Positions 23,191 to 36,520 of a DNA stretch of 64,000 bases are shown in pieces (position 1 is the stretch's first letter; every line of letters begins with the position of its first letter). The DNA is from Octopus sinensis (taxonomy: Eukaryota), in NCBI RefSeq assembly GCF_006345805.1, contig NC_042998.1, positions 118,854,001 to 118,918,000 on the forward strand, given 5' to 3'. Under the pieces are notes generated by a model. That model saw nothing but the letters and a program-made list of their open reading frames with translations. It was not told the DNA's origin and did not search any database. The position numbers and the translations under genes are program-made.

Positions 23191-25518
23191 CTAGCAGCAG
23201 AGCCCGGCGTTGCCCGGGTATGTAAGAAACTTTGTCGATCAGCAATGCCCTTTACCTTTTTACCCTTTTTTGTACTCATTGAACCGTTATTTTGTAAAAT
23301 GAAGCTTAAAAGGCATTAAGGCATTCAAGGCACCATTCCCTTGCATGTATGAAGAAAATCTATGACAGTCAGAGTGCATTTTCTGGTTTTGTTTAGGGTT
23401 ACGTACACCACGAATGATATCCCGACGTTGATTGATACTCTCAAGTCGAGTGCGCCGTGCCTCAGCAGATTGAGATGCGCGTGCGACAGCGGTAGCAGTG
23501 GCATCCCATGAAAGCCTTTCAGCTCTCGCCTCAGCACTCTCTGAAGCCCTTGCAGAAGCAGTGTTAATGGCATCTCTGTATGTCCGAATAGTTTGTTGGT
23601 CTTGAGTTTCGGCAGATCGAGCCATGGCTGTGTTTGTGTAGTTAGCAGCTTGGCGAGCTCTCATCTGTTGTGGTGTTTCGGCAGATCGGGCCATAGCTGT
23701 GCTTGCGGCGTCAACAGCTTGGCGAGTTCTCCTCTGCTGTGGGGTTTCGACATATCGTGTCCTGGTGGTGCTAGCGGCGTTAGGCGCATTCCGAATGGCC
23801 CTTTGTTCGGGGATCTCGCGAGCTCTGCGGATGGAAGCACAGGAAGAAGCCCGCATGTTTTGGCTGAACTGCTGCTCTTTCGTCAACCTCGAGCGGAGGT
23901 TGTACGCTGCGGCCCTTGCAAGTCGGGTAGAACGGTCGCTAGTAGTTTCAGATGCCTGAGTAGCGGCAGAACGGGAAGCTTTTTGCGAGAGGCGCAAAGC
24001 GGTTTCCTCGTGGGTCTCGCTTGCCCTTCTAGCCCTAGCAGCCGATGCCTTGGCCGTCCGAGGGCTGAGGAGGGTCCTTCTCTTCTTGGTTAGCGTTTTG
24101 GTGGATAGCAATGTTTTGGCAAAGGTGTAATAAAAAGGAACACGTGGGGTAAGTCTCCCCAAATGTATAAAAATGTACAAAAACGGAAAAAAAGCGGGCA
24201 GCAATGTGAGTTACAACGACGAAAAAGCGAAAAGTAACCAAACTGAACAAACGAATGGAAAAGGTCTTTTGGTGCACACGACAAATGAGGCTTATAATAA
24301 ACCAAGAGTTTGCAAGTAGCGTCCGTGTACCCTTAGGGTACGACAAAAATTTAAAGTAAAACGTATGGGGTGGTAGTTATAAAGAAAGTTTAAACAAAAA
24401 AGTATTTGAATAACTTGCGGCTACAGCAACGATTAGCAGGAGTAGGCCAACGTGTGAAGCGAGCGGGTGTGAACCGAGAGAAGAAGTGGGAGTCACAAGC
24501 TATACGCGCACAACTGAGTGTGTCAGTGCATGTGATTGACCAAAGGGTGTTTAATTCAGAGCATTGATCACCGTTTGGGGAGCCAATGGGAAGAGTTGCA
24601 ATCATCATTTCAAGGACACGCGTGCACGTGCGCACACAACCGCAAACGCATCTACAGCCCAACATTGCTCGGATTTGAAACAAAAGGAAAACATATGCCA
24701 TTTCTAGTAACCTTTATGATAAAAGCGGCAAAAATCGACTAACTCGCCTGAAATCCGCCAACTATTTAACAAAAGTCAGTTTGGTAGGGTTCGCATGGTC
24801 GGTCTCAAAGTGATATGGTTTTGTCGATTTCTCCCAATACTTGTTAACTGCATTGACAAAAGATCGTTAGTTTGACATTTAATGCAAACTTGATGTCCAA
24901 CATCGGTGTAGGGAAAATCTACACCGATGTTGTAAAATATATCGCAGAAAAATCATTTGCAATGTGTGCCACATATGATGTAATTAACCGATATTTTCCA
25001 GTAATAACGTATCCTATTGGAATCAAAAGGGCCATATAGCTCCTTGGAGCAGACATGATGCTCGCTGTGAATTTCAAAAAGAATTCCTGCCAATTTGTTA
25101 AAGATATTGTCGAAAATGTCATCTTGAATTTGAACGCGATTTCCCAAAATGGCATGATTATCGATTTTCTCTGATGGTAAGGTATTGCATGGAAAACTAA
25201 CGTCAGAATTAAGTTCCTTATGGTAACATTAAGCTTCACCATGAGTTTGGTGAAAATCGATTGCAAGTTGCGAAAACTACAACGGAAAATGTATTGCATA
25301 TGATAAGCTTAGATTCTCGACCCCATGTCGAATTTATAAATCTTTTTCAAAACTGGGGGAACTTTTCAAACTTTTCGCTACGTTAGGTTTGAATTATAAC
25401 ATTGGGCTATGTGTGTGTCAAGTTTCATCAGAATCGGTTGAAAGCCGTGGTCAGGGTGAGGGTACAACCTGACAGACACACACACAGACAGACAAACTGC
25501 CTTTTATATATAGAGAGA
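23191..25518 (-). mobile_element. Non-autonomous Helitron (2.3 kb) retaining an N-terminal repeat ORF
   Basis: Minus strand A|TCTCTCTATATATAAAAGG ... CCCGG-GCAACG-CCGGG hairpin ... CTAG|T. No Rep or helicase motifs. Confidence 0.88.
23287..24204 (-). CDS. Open Helitron ORF with 23-aa ET-initiated Arg/Ala-rich (STPR-like) repeats
   Basis: ETHEETALRLSQKASRSAATQAS and ETPQQRRTRQAVDAASTAMARSA are each 23 aa. The ORF has no ATG near its 5' end; ACG at 24096 may be the ancestral start (inference). Confidence 0.55.
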   Translation of the reverse strand: MLPAFFPFLYIFIHLGRLTPRVPFYYTFAKTLLSTKTLTKKRRTLLSPRTAKASAARARRASETHEETALRLSQKASRSAATQASETTSDRSTRLARAAAYNLRSRLTKEQQFSQNMRASSCASIRRAREIPEQRAIRNAPNAASTTRTRYVETPQQRRTRQAVDAASTAMARSAETPQQMRARQAANYTNTAMARSAETQDQQTIRTYRDAINTASARASESAEARAERLSWDATATAVARASQSAEARRTRLESINQRRDIIRGVRNPKQNQKMHSDCHRFSSYMQGNGALNALMPFKLHFTK

Positions 25519-27690
25519 TTTTGCACATGATCTTGTGTTTACAGTTGGCGTTGAGTGGGTGCTAAAATCGTCTTCAGATTCTGTGCGTTCATTGATAATC
25601 CTTTTCCATTTTCTTGCCAATTCACTTTATTTTTTTATGATTTATTTAAATTCATTCATTTATTCTTATTTAACCCTTTATTCTCTACTATTTTCTCAGT
25701 AATGACTTAGAATCTGTAATTGTCTCAGCTCTGATGTGTCTTCACACACTGCTGTAAAGGTTGTTTCACCCGAATTGAAAACTAATTTAATTCCAGTAAA
25801 AGAAGCTGTTAAGTACTATTACTACGAAGAACTACGACAACCGTTATTTTACCATATTTCTATGGATAGAAAACCACCATATAAAGATGGATGGGTTCTA
25901 ATTGAGCTGAATGTATAACAGTAATCGAACCATAGATATTTAATGGTATTTTGCTAGCTACAGAACTCCTGCTTCTCTGTATTTTACTGAATGTTTCTCT
26001 TCTAATAGAAAATGACTTCAGATTTTATAGTTACCACTTTTCCGTATATCTTCTGTACTGCTTGTTATTAAATCATGACTTGTCCCATGTACCTGATTAT
26101 AATTAACATACGGCTATTTTTCTCGCGCTTACAGGTGAGTAACTCTTTCGAAAACGTCTAGTAATAAATCGATGCCATATTCAGACCCATTTTGTTCTGT
26201 TACAATCATCGATAACAAGCTTTCTGAACTAACAATTCATGTTTGGGATCGTTCGAACATACGCTGGGTTAAATTTTTTTCTTGAAGTTACTTCCCAGGG
26301 TTTACATCACATTATTTCATTTTAAAATTTGTACAATTTAAATCGAAAATTATGGGTCTGTTATATTTATCTAGTCTTGAAATTGAGGGTTTTCTCATTA
26401 TGTATCCCCCGGGAAATTTTCTGCCTCTTTCTCTAAGTCATCTAAATAATTTTGCAATCATTTTGTACGCACCAATTCAATATTTTAACAAGAAATTTGA
26501 TTTGCTATCACTTACTGCTGTTTTCCAACTCTTCGTCTATTTTCATCTGAGAGTCTTCATTTATTATTGTTTACTTCAATTGTTTAGCTAGTGCACCTGA
26601 TTTATGCATTGCCGTTGTGGTGTTCGACCCATTGTTAATACACCTCCATAAAATATTTTTCTCATGTTTTAATGTTGACACTGTGATAAAATTTTGTTTG
26701 TTATGCCCTGTAATGTTACCACGATTTGACTTGGAGTCAAAATTCGTTTGCTTCAATGCATTCTGGTATTTTTTTCATAGCATCAGATTATTTCCGACTT
26801 ACCGAAGAACGTCTTACCCCTTGTAGAACGTCTTTGATTTTCGTTACTATTTTTTCTCTTGTCATGCTTATTATTAGTAGGGCATTGGATTTCCTAAATT
26901 GCAATGTGTCGCTTTTCTACGTTCTGAATTCAAAATTCACCAAATGTAACCATTCATTCCTCTGGTGTCGGTAAAAGGAAGCATCAGTCAAGTATTGGAA
27001 TTAATAGATTCGGCTATTTCTCCCTCCAAAGATTTAACCTTGTCGTAAATCATGAATAATTATTAGTAGTAGAAGTAGCAGCAGTTAACGCCAATATTTC
27101 AAAATAGTTTGATTGAAGCAACTTGGCCGCAATGATTTATATCTATTTTAATAAACGACTACATTTTATAGCAATTACCTTGATCTCCACCTAAAGTTAA
27201 ATATTTTAAACCTTTCTGCGTAAAAAACTGGGATTTTCACAGAGATTGCTTTAAATGGTTTTCGCTTATAATACTTTTTTTTATTTTTTGTAAACTACAT
27301 CTGTTGTTGAAACTTTCAGCAGTAATCTCTACTTACGAGCTATTTGTATGTAATCTACTTAGAAAATACTGGATTTTTAGAACCAAACCTACTTTACGTT
27401 TATATATATACACATATTTAGAACTATATTACGTTCATCTTTATATTTACATAGCTATATATTTCCTGACAGTATATTTCGGAATAAAATTCTGATGTTC
27501 AACTGAATATTTTTTGATTGACGTAGATTAAAAATATTTGAGTGATAAATCCGATGAGAAATGATGTCCTTCGTCGCTAGAAATAGAAGAATAATATGCT
27601 ACAAAGTATAGGTTATCTTCATAAAGAGGGCGGAAACAGCATAATATACATATATACATAGAAACAAAAAAGTATATATATATATACATT

Positions 27691-27984
27691 TATTCTTTTA
27701 TTTGTTTCTGTCATTTGACTCCGGTCATGCTGGAGCACCAACTTCAGTCGAACAAATCAACCCATGATTTATTCTTTGTAAGCCTAGTACTTATTATATT
27801 GCTCTCTTTTGCTGAACCGCTAAGTTACGGGGACACGACGGGCTTCTTTCAATTCCCGTCTACTAAATCCACTCACAAGGCTTTGGTCGGTCCGAGGCTA
27901 TAACAGAAGATATTTGCCCAAGATGCCGCCTAATAGGACTGAACTCAGAACCATGTGGTTGGCAAGAAAGGTACATAGCACACA

Positions 27985-27988
<4 letters not shown>
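27691..27988 (-). mobile_element. SINE family B copy, internally shortened
   Basis: Reverse complement of the head and tail of 16763-17168. Confidence 0.8.
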
Positions 27989-28027
<39 letters not shown>

Positions 28028-29281
28028 ACGTTAAGGCAAGACAAACATTTCAAGTCATATAGATTATTATTAGGGGAAAAATTCAGTTTTACAGTTGTTT
28101 CTGGAATATCCCGTCATTAGAGAGAAATAGGGACATCAAATGAGTATAGATTAATGAAATGACGACATAGAGGACACGAGTAAAGGAATAAGGAGATGAC
28201 GCAAAAGAAGACAAAGGGAGCATAAAAGTTCACAGTTCAGCTTTGTGATGTAGAAATAAGTCCATAAGTCCCTAGGTGCAATCCTTCGCAGATCCATGTA
28301 GGTTAAAGTTCTTATGTTGTAAGCATCCAGAAAAAAGACGCAAACATACCAACGTTCAATTACAGAATGGTAGCGGTAAAGTGTTAATTTAAGCTGTTAA
28401 TGGAAAGAAAAATAAATAGGAAGAGAAGTAGATAGTGTGAGGGGGGAAGTTAAGGATTGACTTTAGGATAAAGTAAGGTATATAAGTGTATAGTTTCTAA
28501 GAACATAGTCAGCCGAGAGGATAAGAGAGAGGAGGTCGAGGAAGATAAAGTAAACAAAAATAAACAAAATACAGCAAAATGATAGGAATTTAAAGAGCGT
28601 AGTAGGTGCCAGCGGTATTCTTCTAGTCTATAGGGGTTAGGAAGGAAATCTAGTAGTAAATAATAGTGTCCGTTCTGGCTAAGGTCAGGGGCTGTAGAGT
28701 TACCTTTAACAATGGGGTTATGGGTATGTACGTAGTCGAGAATGGAAGAACTAGTTGAATGTTAAATTATTTAGAAGTAGGAGTTAGAATTAAATATTAG
28801 GAAGTTTATTAGGTTATGGTTTAAAAATAAATTAAAGATAAATTAAAGAATTAATATTTAGCTTATAAAGCGATGAGGCAAGGTAGATAGAAGAGATATA
28901 AGATACAGGTAGATAGAAGAGATATAGAGATATAAGAGAGGTAGAAGCGATATAGAGAGGTATGTGTTGATGGTGATGGAGGTTTGTATGCATTGATATA
29001 CGACGTTGACTCTTCTGCATTGGGCTTGCAGCAGGCATCATCGAACTCATAGCTGCAATAGCAGCTATGAGTTCGACGATGGTTAATTGGAGAGAGAGAG
29101 AGAGATGAGGTAGTTCTGTTAGTGGCTTGGGTAGTATTAGGTGAATTGTTCGCGATATTGCTATTATTATTGCCGTGATTTCTAGTATCAATATTAACGC
29201 CAGCGTTACCATTATTATCATTATTATTATCGTCATTATCGTTTTCGGCATTGCTGTTATAATTATTATTATCATCACTCA

Positions 29282-29650
29282 ATTAAAGCAATGATTCTGA
29301 AAAATCAAATAAGATGGTCTGACCATATTGTTCGAATGGAAGACGAACGCACACACAAACAGCTTTTATGGTGAGCTTGCAGAGGGGAAATGCTATCGGT
29401 GTAAACCTAAAAAGAGTTTTAAGGACGGCATAAGGACTACCATGAAGTCATTTGCTCAGTTTATGACAGATCATGCCTTTCTTTTGCAGGGCTCAAATCT
29501 CATTTGCAGACCCATGCAAAACGAACCTCCACCAACTATTTTGCCTGTATGTATGTGCACACTTTTCAGTGTCATGTATGCCATAAGGTCTGCCAATCTA
29601 ACAGAAGCCTCAACAGACATCTTAAGATCCTCAAAGATCAGAACAAATAT
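29282..29650 (+). mobile_element. RTE-BovB-like LINE 3' fragment with terminal C2H2-like motif
   Basis: ILKNQIRWSDHIVRMED.../FYGELAEGKCYRCKPKKSFKDGIRTTMKSF, then FQCHVCHKVCQSNRSLNRHL. Confidence 0.75.
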
Positions 29651-32600
29651 ATACGCCATTTACACCATTTACAAGTAGTGTTGATCATACTCTTTTCAGA
29701 GACCAGTTCAAAGCTGCATCATCACACCTATGGCTAAAGACATTCCAGTTGTTGGCATCAACCTTGTTTCTGCACATTTTATCTGAGACTACATTATCCA
29801 ATGTGTCCCTTTCTTAAAAGCATCAGAATATGATTTGAAAGAAAACGGGTTGTGCATTTCTAGCATACTGAACGATGTCGTAGAAACTCCTTCCTAGATA
29901 TTATCTTGATGTAATCTTAGCATGCAACTTTAACATGATAAAATATATCCCACTTCAAGTAAAACAGCCAACATTTCAGCCCACCAGTTAGTTGTATCAA
30001 AAAACGTAGAGCCGTTATAATGCTATGCGCCAATATTTACTAGTGTTTTTTTGTTGTTAAACTTTAGATCTTAATACACTAAATTCCGTTGTTCGGTAAG
30101 GATCGATGTGTCAGACGTTTGCGTATCAGTCCTGAAAATGGAGATCTGATCGAAAACCTTACCATGTCTTCCTCACTGTTCAGACATCGTACATACATGA
30201 TCATATCATCCAATGTGTTATTTGAAGGTATTTTGATCACAATTTCTACCAGTTTGAACAATTATTCTCAGACAACTCTTTTTCTGGAATAAATGTTAAA
30301 TACACATGGTTTCCACTTGCAATTAGATGGATTGCTTAATGAGTATTCAATCTATTTGACAAATCACAGCAACATTTGAGAAAAGTGGGTCTATGAAAAT
30401 GTAATACTTAGTGCGCCGTCTGAACTATTACTTTGTCACTTTAACTTTTACCCAACTTAAGACACACGTTATATATTAACTATGATTCTTCTTTGTCATC
30501 AGTACGATCAGATATACTTTGTGTTTTGAAAAACTTTATGTATTATGTGTAGAATATTTCTGAATTGCAGTTTTATGGTGAAGTAATTTGCGTTACATCT
30601 TGAGGGAAAGGAAAACAGTCATTAATATTTTGATAGATGAGATGAAAATGAATTCAGGTAGAAAAAGTTTCATTTAAATGTTTTGCATTTTACAATTCTA
30701 CATGTATATGATAGGAGAAAAATATCATGCAGTTAGAAAACTTGGAAAATATTCAATGTGAAATAAATGCTCAAAGTTTCGAATGCTAATTTACCCTGTA
30801 ACTATGGAATTTGATAATGAACTATTTATATTTGCCAGTGCAGAATGGATGCCAATCATTTTGCATAATAATCAAGGTAGCATGCTGAAATCAATAGAAT
30901 TCTATTTCGCTAAGGTAGCTGATTTTCAATAAATGTTGTCACAATTAGTTACTTTATGCTGCACAAATTCTATGATTTTAGAACACTTATTGGTAACCAA
31001 TGTTTGGTTTCCTAGAAGGGAAATAAATAATCGATACCAATCGTAAGGAATGGAATTAAAGTTGTTGCTCACCAAAAATTAGGTGTTTGTATATGCTCTC
31101 GCCAAATTCTTGGTTAAAATTCCGTTAGTCCCTCCAGGCTTTTCTTTAATTGCAGTTCCGGTAAATGATAGAACTATAGAATTTGTTTTCCTGTTGAAAT
31201 AGACAGATCTGTATATTGTACATTATACAGATAGTACAACATTTATATAATAAAATAACCAAAGCTGTGCTCTTCTATGTGGTCGTTCGATCCACTGAAA
31301 ACATGGGTCAAATCTCACTCAATTGCACATCCCGCCATCTAATACAAAACAAATCACGTTGTATGAGGTCACAGATAACAGATGACACAGATGTGACTAG
31401 AGAACTGTGAGCTGTTCAACTACTACTGATCTCGAGACAAAACACTGATGAAAGAACAAAAACTACTGGAACCAGTAGTAAAGATATTACAAATAATATA
31501 CTCTGTAAAAGAGTGCACCTAATTTCAAGTTAAATAAATTGAGCATGTGATTGTGTTTCTGTATACAGAATAATATCCAGCGTAAACCAGCAGACAGTGT
31601 AATCCATGTAATCCGAAATTAATCTGAAAACATTATCTGGAGTCATAAAAAATATATTGTTAGTCTGTTGTATCTACAGGGAAAATACACTTGTTAACAA
31701 CAAAATTTGCCTTCTCTTAGTTCTGAATTTATCTGACGAGACATAAAAACACTCAAGAACTGACAAATTTGAAGTATTGCCAATATTACGCCCGTACGAA
31801 TATGTCTGTACCGATTGTCATAGGGTTTACAAATGAAAGAAGAGAATATATATAATCACGATATTTGACATATAGTACCACGATATCTAAAAATTTTAAC
31901 TTTCTAATGGAATAAAACGTGTTAAAAAAGGAAGAACGAGTTTAGAAGGCATGTGCATTTCCTTATAAATGCATTCTTTATAAATTGTAAGTAGTTTATT
32001 TACCCTTGTATTGAATATAGCTATCACAACAATGGGCTTCTAACATTTCGCTCTAGTTACGTCAGTAAATGTCAAACTCCCTTTCATCCTCGTAGCATTG
32101 CTATATTATTTAAATACGTAGATAGCTGTTGTTCTGCCGAGCTCTCTTCTTGTTCCTTTATTGATGTTACTATTTGGGTGAGTCAAATTTCAACCCATTC
32201 ATATTATTTCACTGCCATTGCCCCTTCAGGTAAGAAAATGTTTGCAATAATAGTTTATTCCCACAAAAATTTATTTCCTGGAACTCTCTTTAGTCTCTTC
32301 ATCTGGTTTTATGTTTTGGGGTTAGCTTCTCATTAGATGCTTATTTTCATTTTTAAACTCCCAACAAGCTAACTTTTGCGTGAGGCGTATTTTCTTACTG
32401 GTTACTTGCCACATTGTAAAGAATGACTTCCAATGAAGTCATTCTTTTTGATAACTTCATTGGAAGTCATTATAAAGTTAATGGAAATCATGCCAACCTC
32501 TACGTAGATTTTCAATGAATACAATTATACGAAGTCGTATATCTGCATTTAGTGTAAAGTTTTATAGCAAAGTTACTCGTGTAAAATGAACGTCATTCCA

Positions 32601-34439
32601 TATAAGATATTACGGTGACGATATGTCGGGATAATTAATTATTACATGTGCAATGTCCACCACAGATATTTGATATAATCAACATTTCTGATGAGATTTG
32701 CTTTTCAAATGATTCAGTACCTCTTATTTTCAGAACATATTTAGTGTATCTCTCTTATGGATTGTAAATGCATAAACTTCTATATTTGGCGAAATGTATG
32801 TCACTTATTCACGAAACCTATTCTTTCTGTCGAAATTGACATCATACTGAAGTTCTAGCAAAATGTACCATTGTGCAACTTTTTAATGATATGCAAACTA
32901 ATTTTCTCCTGGTTGCTATTGTTTCTATCTTTTGCTCGGATATATTTACCCAACTCATTTATGGAGTCGCAGATTCTTAAACATGATGTTTCTTGAACTC
33001 ACCCCGATTCCTAAGGTACTGATCACACTTTTGAGAACTACGTCGATCTATTTGCGTTTGCGTCTGTTGTTTCGGTGTTTCTGTCTGAAAGATACAATAC
33101 CGTATTCACATGCTACATGAACTGATCTTAATTATATCAATTATATCGATGGACCCTACTGATATCATTATTTCTCTGCAATTCGGATTTTAATATGCAT
33201 AGGAGGAATTACCGCAACACTAGTCACTTATACAAATGTTGACTCCAGGACTAATACTTAGCATTCACTTAGCATGCATCTTGGGATATTACATGGCTGT
33301 GTGATTAAAGATTTCACTACTATGTTTGTAAGAGCATGGTGTAAATTATTTCTTCACCTTATCGTTATTCACTGCAACATTTTATGTCACATTTTCATCA
33401 AATCTTTGTTCATAACATTCATCATGTGAAACCGGAGATAATTAGACTCATGATGCAAATGTTTTGTTTTTTTTAGTCAGAAAGCAGTTTTCTCGGGTTC
33501 AACTATCAATTACGAGCATATCCTTTAGTTATAATCTATCTTTTTATTAGCTAAAAATTCTGTTATGAAAACCAGCTGGGGGATTTTCAACAACACAGAT
33601 ATTTCCAGCGCAGATTCTTAAACAGCGTCAACAAAGACGTTATAGATTACATTCGCTTTCCTTTGCATTGTTGGCCCTAGCAATTGACGTTTAGATCTTC
33701 ATTTAAAACACTGCAGCTTGTAACGTTGTCTAATTTCAATACACATTAACATTTAGAAGACAATTCGTTTTTAGTAGTCTGCACAATGCAGCTTCTGTGT
33801 TCTATTGTACATGATCTCTTTTTCGTTCAATAACATTCTATCATTGTAATGTAACTTAACTTTCGGTTTTTAATAGTGTCCTGTCAACAAATTGCATCTA
33901 CTGTGATTTGTTTATTCCATTATGCTTGAAAGACCAATAGGGACTTGATAATAGTTTTGAATGCTGACTATTTAATGTTAATTCCACATTCTACACAAAG
34001 GTTTTTACTTACCCTTTGTTTATGTGTTTCTATCTCTCTGTACACAAATATTGGGTTATAATTGCTTAATCTGGGATTGTATACAGATGCCCTCCAAAGT
34101 AAGCGCTAATAGAGTCGATTTTTTATATCTTGATTATCAATTTTAGTGCTAATATGGAGCTTGCTATCAGGTGAAATGCTTTCATGTGATGTTTTATTGT
34201 TGTAAAACTCTAGACCTTTTCTGACTGTGTATGTGTAGTCATATTTTTGGTGGTCGTTTATTTTCTGGGATTTTGAATTACAGGCTGTTAAGTTCAGAAA
34301 AGTGGCAAATACTCATGAATTTGAATTTCTGATAGTTTAATAATTAAAAACGGAAATAATATATCTTACATTTTGGTATTTTCCTTTAGAAAAACATCAA
34401 TATACATCAATATTTAAACTTCAATTCAAGCTACCCGAC

Positions 34440-34800
34440 CAGTATAGAAAGAGGTAGAAGAGGTAGAAGAGTTCTTAATCGCACAGGAATATCTGCTTCC
34501 GCTAATAAATTATGAAATCGAAAAAAAAAAACAGATACCGATACAACATCGCTGTAAAAAACAAGGTAAGCCTTCAAAAATTTATAACACATCCAAATCA
34601 ATAGATTGCTACAATCTATAACCCATCCAAAGAAAGCATTTTTAACGTAGCAAGAGAAAGTCTGCGAATCCTCGCGTGTAATCCGCAATTATATCAACTG
34701 ATCAATAAAGAAATTGTAATTCAAAGCAAAAAACTGCGAGAAGTAAAGCACTTATTAACTCGCACAAAACCTGACCAGGATAAGAGCGGTAAAAGGTTTT
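34440..34800 (+). pseudogene. Penelope-like element fragment (RT thumb/linker before GIY-YIG)
   Basis: EVEEFLIAQEYLLPLINYEIEK and IATIYNPSKESIFNVARESLRILACNPQLYQLINKEIVIQSKKLREVKHLLTRTK resemble the PLE linker region. Confidence 0.55.
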
Positions 34801-34920
34801 AAATAAATATATCTAAAGATAGTTGATGTTATACTTGTGAATATATTCATACTGGAACGAACGAAAGATAAAATTTGGAACTATTATATGTAGGTTTTCT
34901 GAAAGCAAAGCTGTTATATA

Positions 34921-35137
34921 CCTATTTCTTTACTACCCACAAGGGGCTAAACACAGAGAGGATAAAAAAGGACAGACAAATGGATTAAGTCGATTATATC
35001 GACCCCAGTGCGTAACTGGTACTTATTTAATCGACCCCGAAAGGATGAAAGGCAAAGTCGACCTCAGAACGTAACGGCAGACGAAATACGGCTACACATT
35101 TCGCCCGGCGTGCTAACGGTTTTGCCAGCTCGCCGCC
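34921..35137 (-). mobile_element. tRNA-derived SINE (family A)
   Basis: Minus-strand head ggcggcgagctggcaaaaccgttagcacgccgggcgaaat; body cgaaaggatgaaaggcaaagtcgacc. Confidence 0.85.
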
Positions 35138-36379
35138 TTTTATATACTGTTATATACCATTGAATGTATATATACCAAAGCTGTTATATACCATTGAATG
35201 CAACAATTGCAGAAATATTAATATTGGACAAATCAGAAAGGCATTGACTAAGAAGGTGTGGATAGACAGATATAACATGATAACCACAATTCCATTAAGT
35301 GAATATTTGCATAACTGCACTTCTGGAACTTTTAAAATAATTCCTTTTTTTAAAGTAGACAAAGAATGTAAAATTAGAAGGACTTTTAGAGAGAAACATA
35401 CTTTGTAAATATGTAATATACTCATATTACATACGGAAAATATGTAAATAATACAATAATTCGTAATATTATTAGCAATATAGGAAATATCCAACATGTT
35501 AGCAATATAGGTAATATCAGGCATAATGGTGGTGCAAATTAACAGAGAGAGCAAAAGGCAGAAGAGCCAATAATAGGAAACAATAAAATAATATTAAATA
35601 TCGTTCAGCATAGTAGGCGAGGTGAAAGAGGAAACAGGGTATTAGTATATATATACAACTAAAGTATATATATAAACTGGGTGAAATTTTAGATTTTCTG
35701 TGGGAAGAATTTACTCAAGCTGTATATGAAATTGAACAGCAAGTGCTTACAGATTTTATCATATATCATACTTCATTCACATCAGCCATTAGAATATCAT
35801 GCTCTGCTGACATACATAAAGGGCAATCCTGTCAGACATTTTGGAATAACTTGCCTGAATTTATACCTCATTTTATCTTCATAAACTTATGGTTTAAAAA
35901 TGTGTAACGGTGCATATTAAAGCATTTATTTAAAAGAGTGCTGCAAACTCTATATAAGGCTTACTCCTATTATGAGTATTTACTGTACATTTATCAAGAA
36001 TTTATTACGAAAGCAATTTTCATCAAACGGACAATTCTCCAGAAGTCTACAATTATATCCATATATAACTATATCCTTATATAATGCCTTTATGCCTGTA
36101 TCCTTATATAATTATAACCATATATAAAGCCTTTATGTTGATTGATATAACCAAGCTTGTTATGCAGATGGGAACTATGCTCAAAACCCATTACTACGAT
36201 GAATTTCATTCCTAGGACTACTATAGATCAAGTTTTTACAATATATGCTATTTAGGCCTTCTTACTCTGTGAGTTTATTTTCTCTAAAATTATGTACTTG
36301 ATTTTCAAGAGTCACATCTCAAAATATGGGTACTCCATTCCAGTTATTTTCCACACGAACTACTAAATTCAGCTTAGTA

Positions 36380-36520
36380 TTCTACCAATCTCTTGGACTT
36401 CTTCCGTTTGAATTTGGTCCAGGTCAGTGATGAGCATGGTGTAAGATTTCATTAAGCAGTCACTATTATTGGAACAATGTACCAAGGGCAGATCACTCCC
36501 TGCGTGATGGCAGACTTTTG
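36380..36520 (+). pseudogene. DNA-transposase C-terminal remnant, probably Chapaev3/CMC-like
   Basis: LDFFRLNLVQVSDEHGVRFH*AVTIIGTMYQGQITPCVMADFCWL matches the recalled motif LDFFPxNLGAVSDEHGERFHQDIxxMExRYQG...MxADYCW. Family name is from memory. Confidence 0.55.

Noticed and set aside
29564-29630. C2H2 zinc finger suggesting a host ZNF gene
   Set aside because: Single degenerate finger directly following RTE-BovB C-terminal sequence; best explained as the LINE terminus.
31069-31190. Minus-strand segment with strong splice sites and a faint paracaspase-like look (GGTNGILTKNL)
   Set aside because: All three frames contain stops between the splice sites; resemblance too short.
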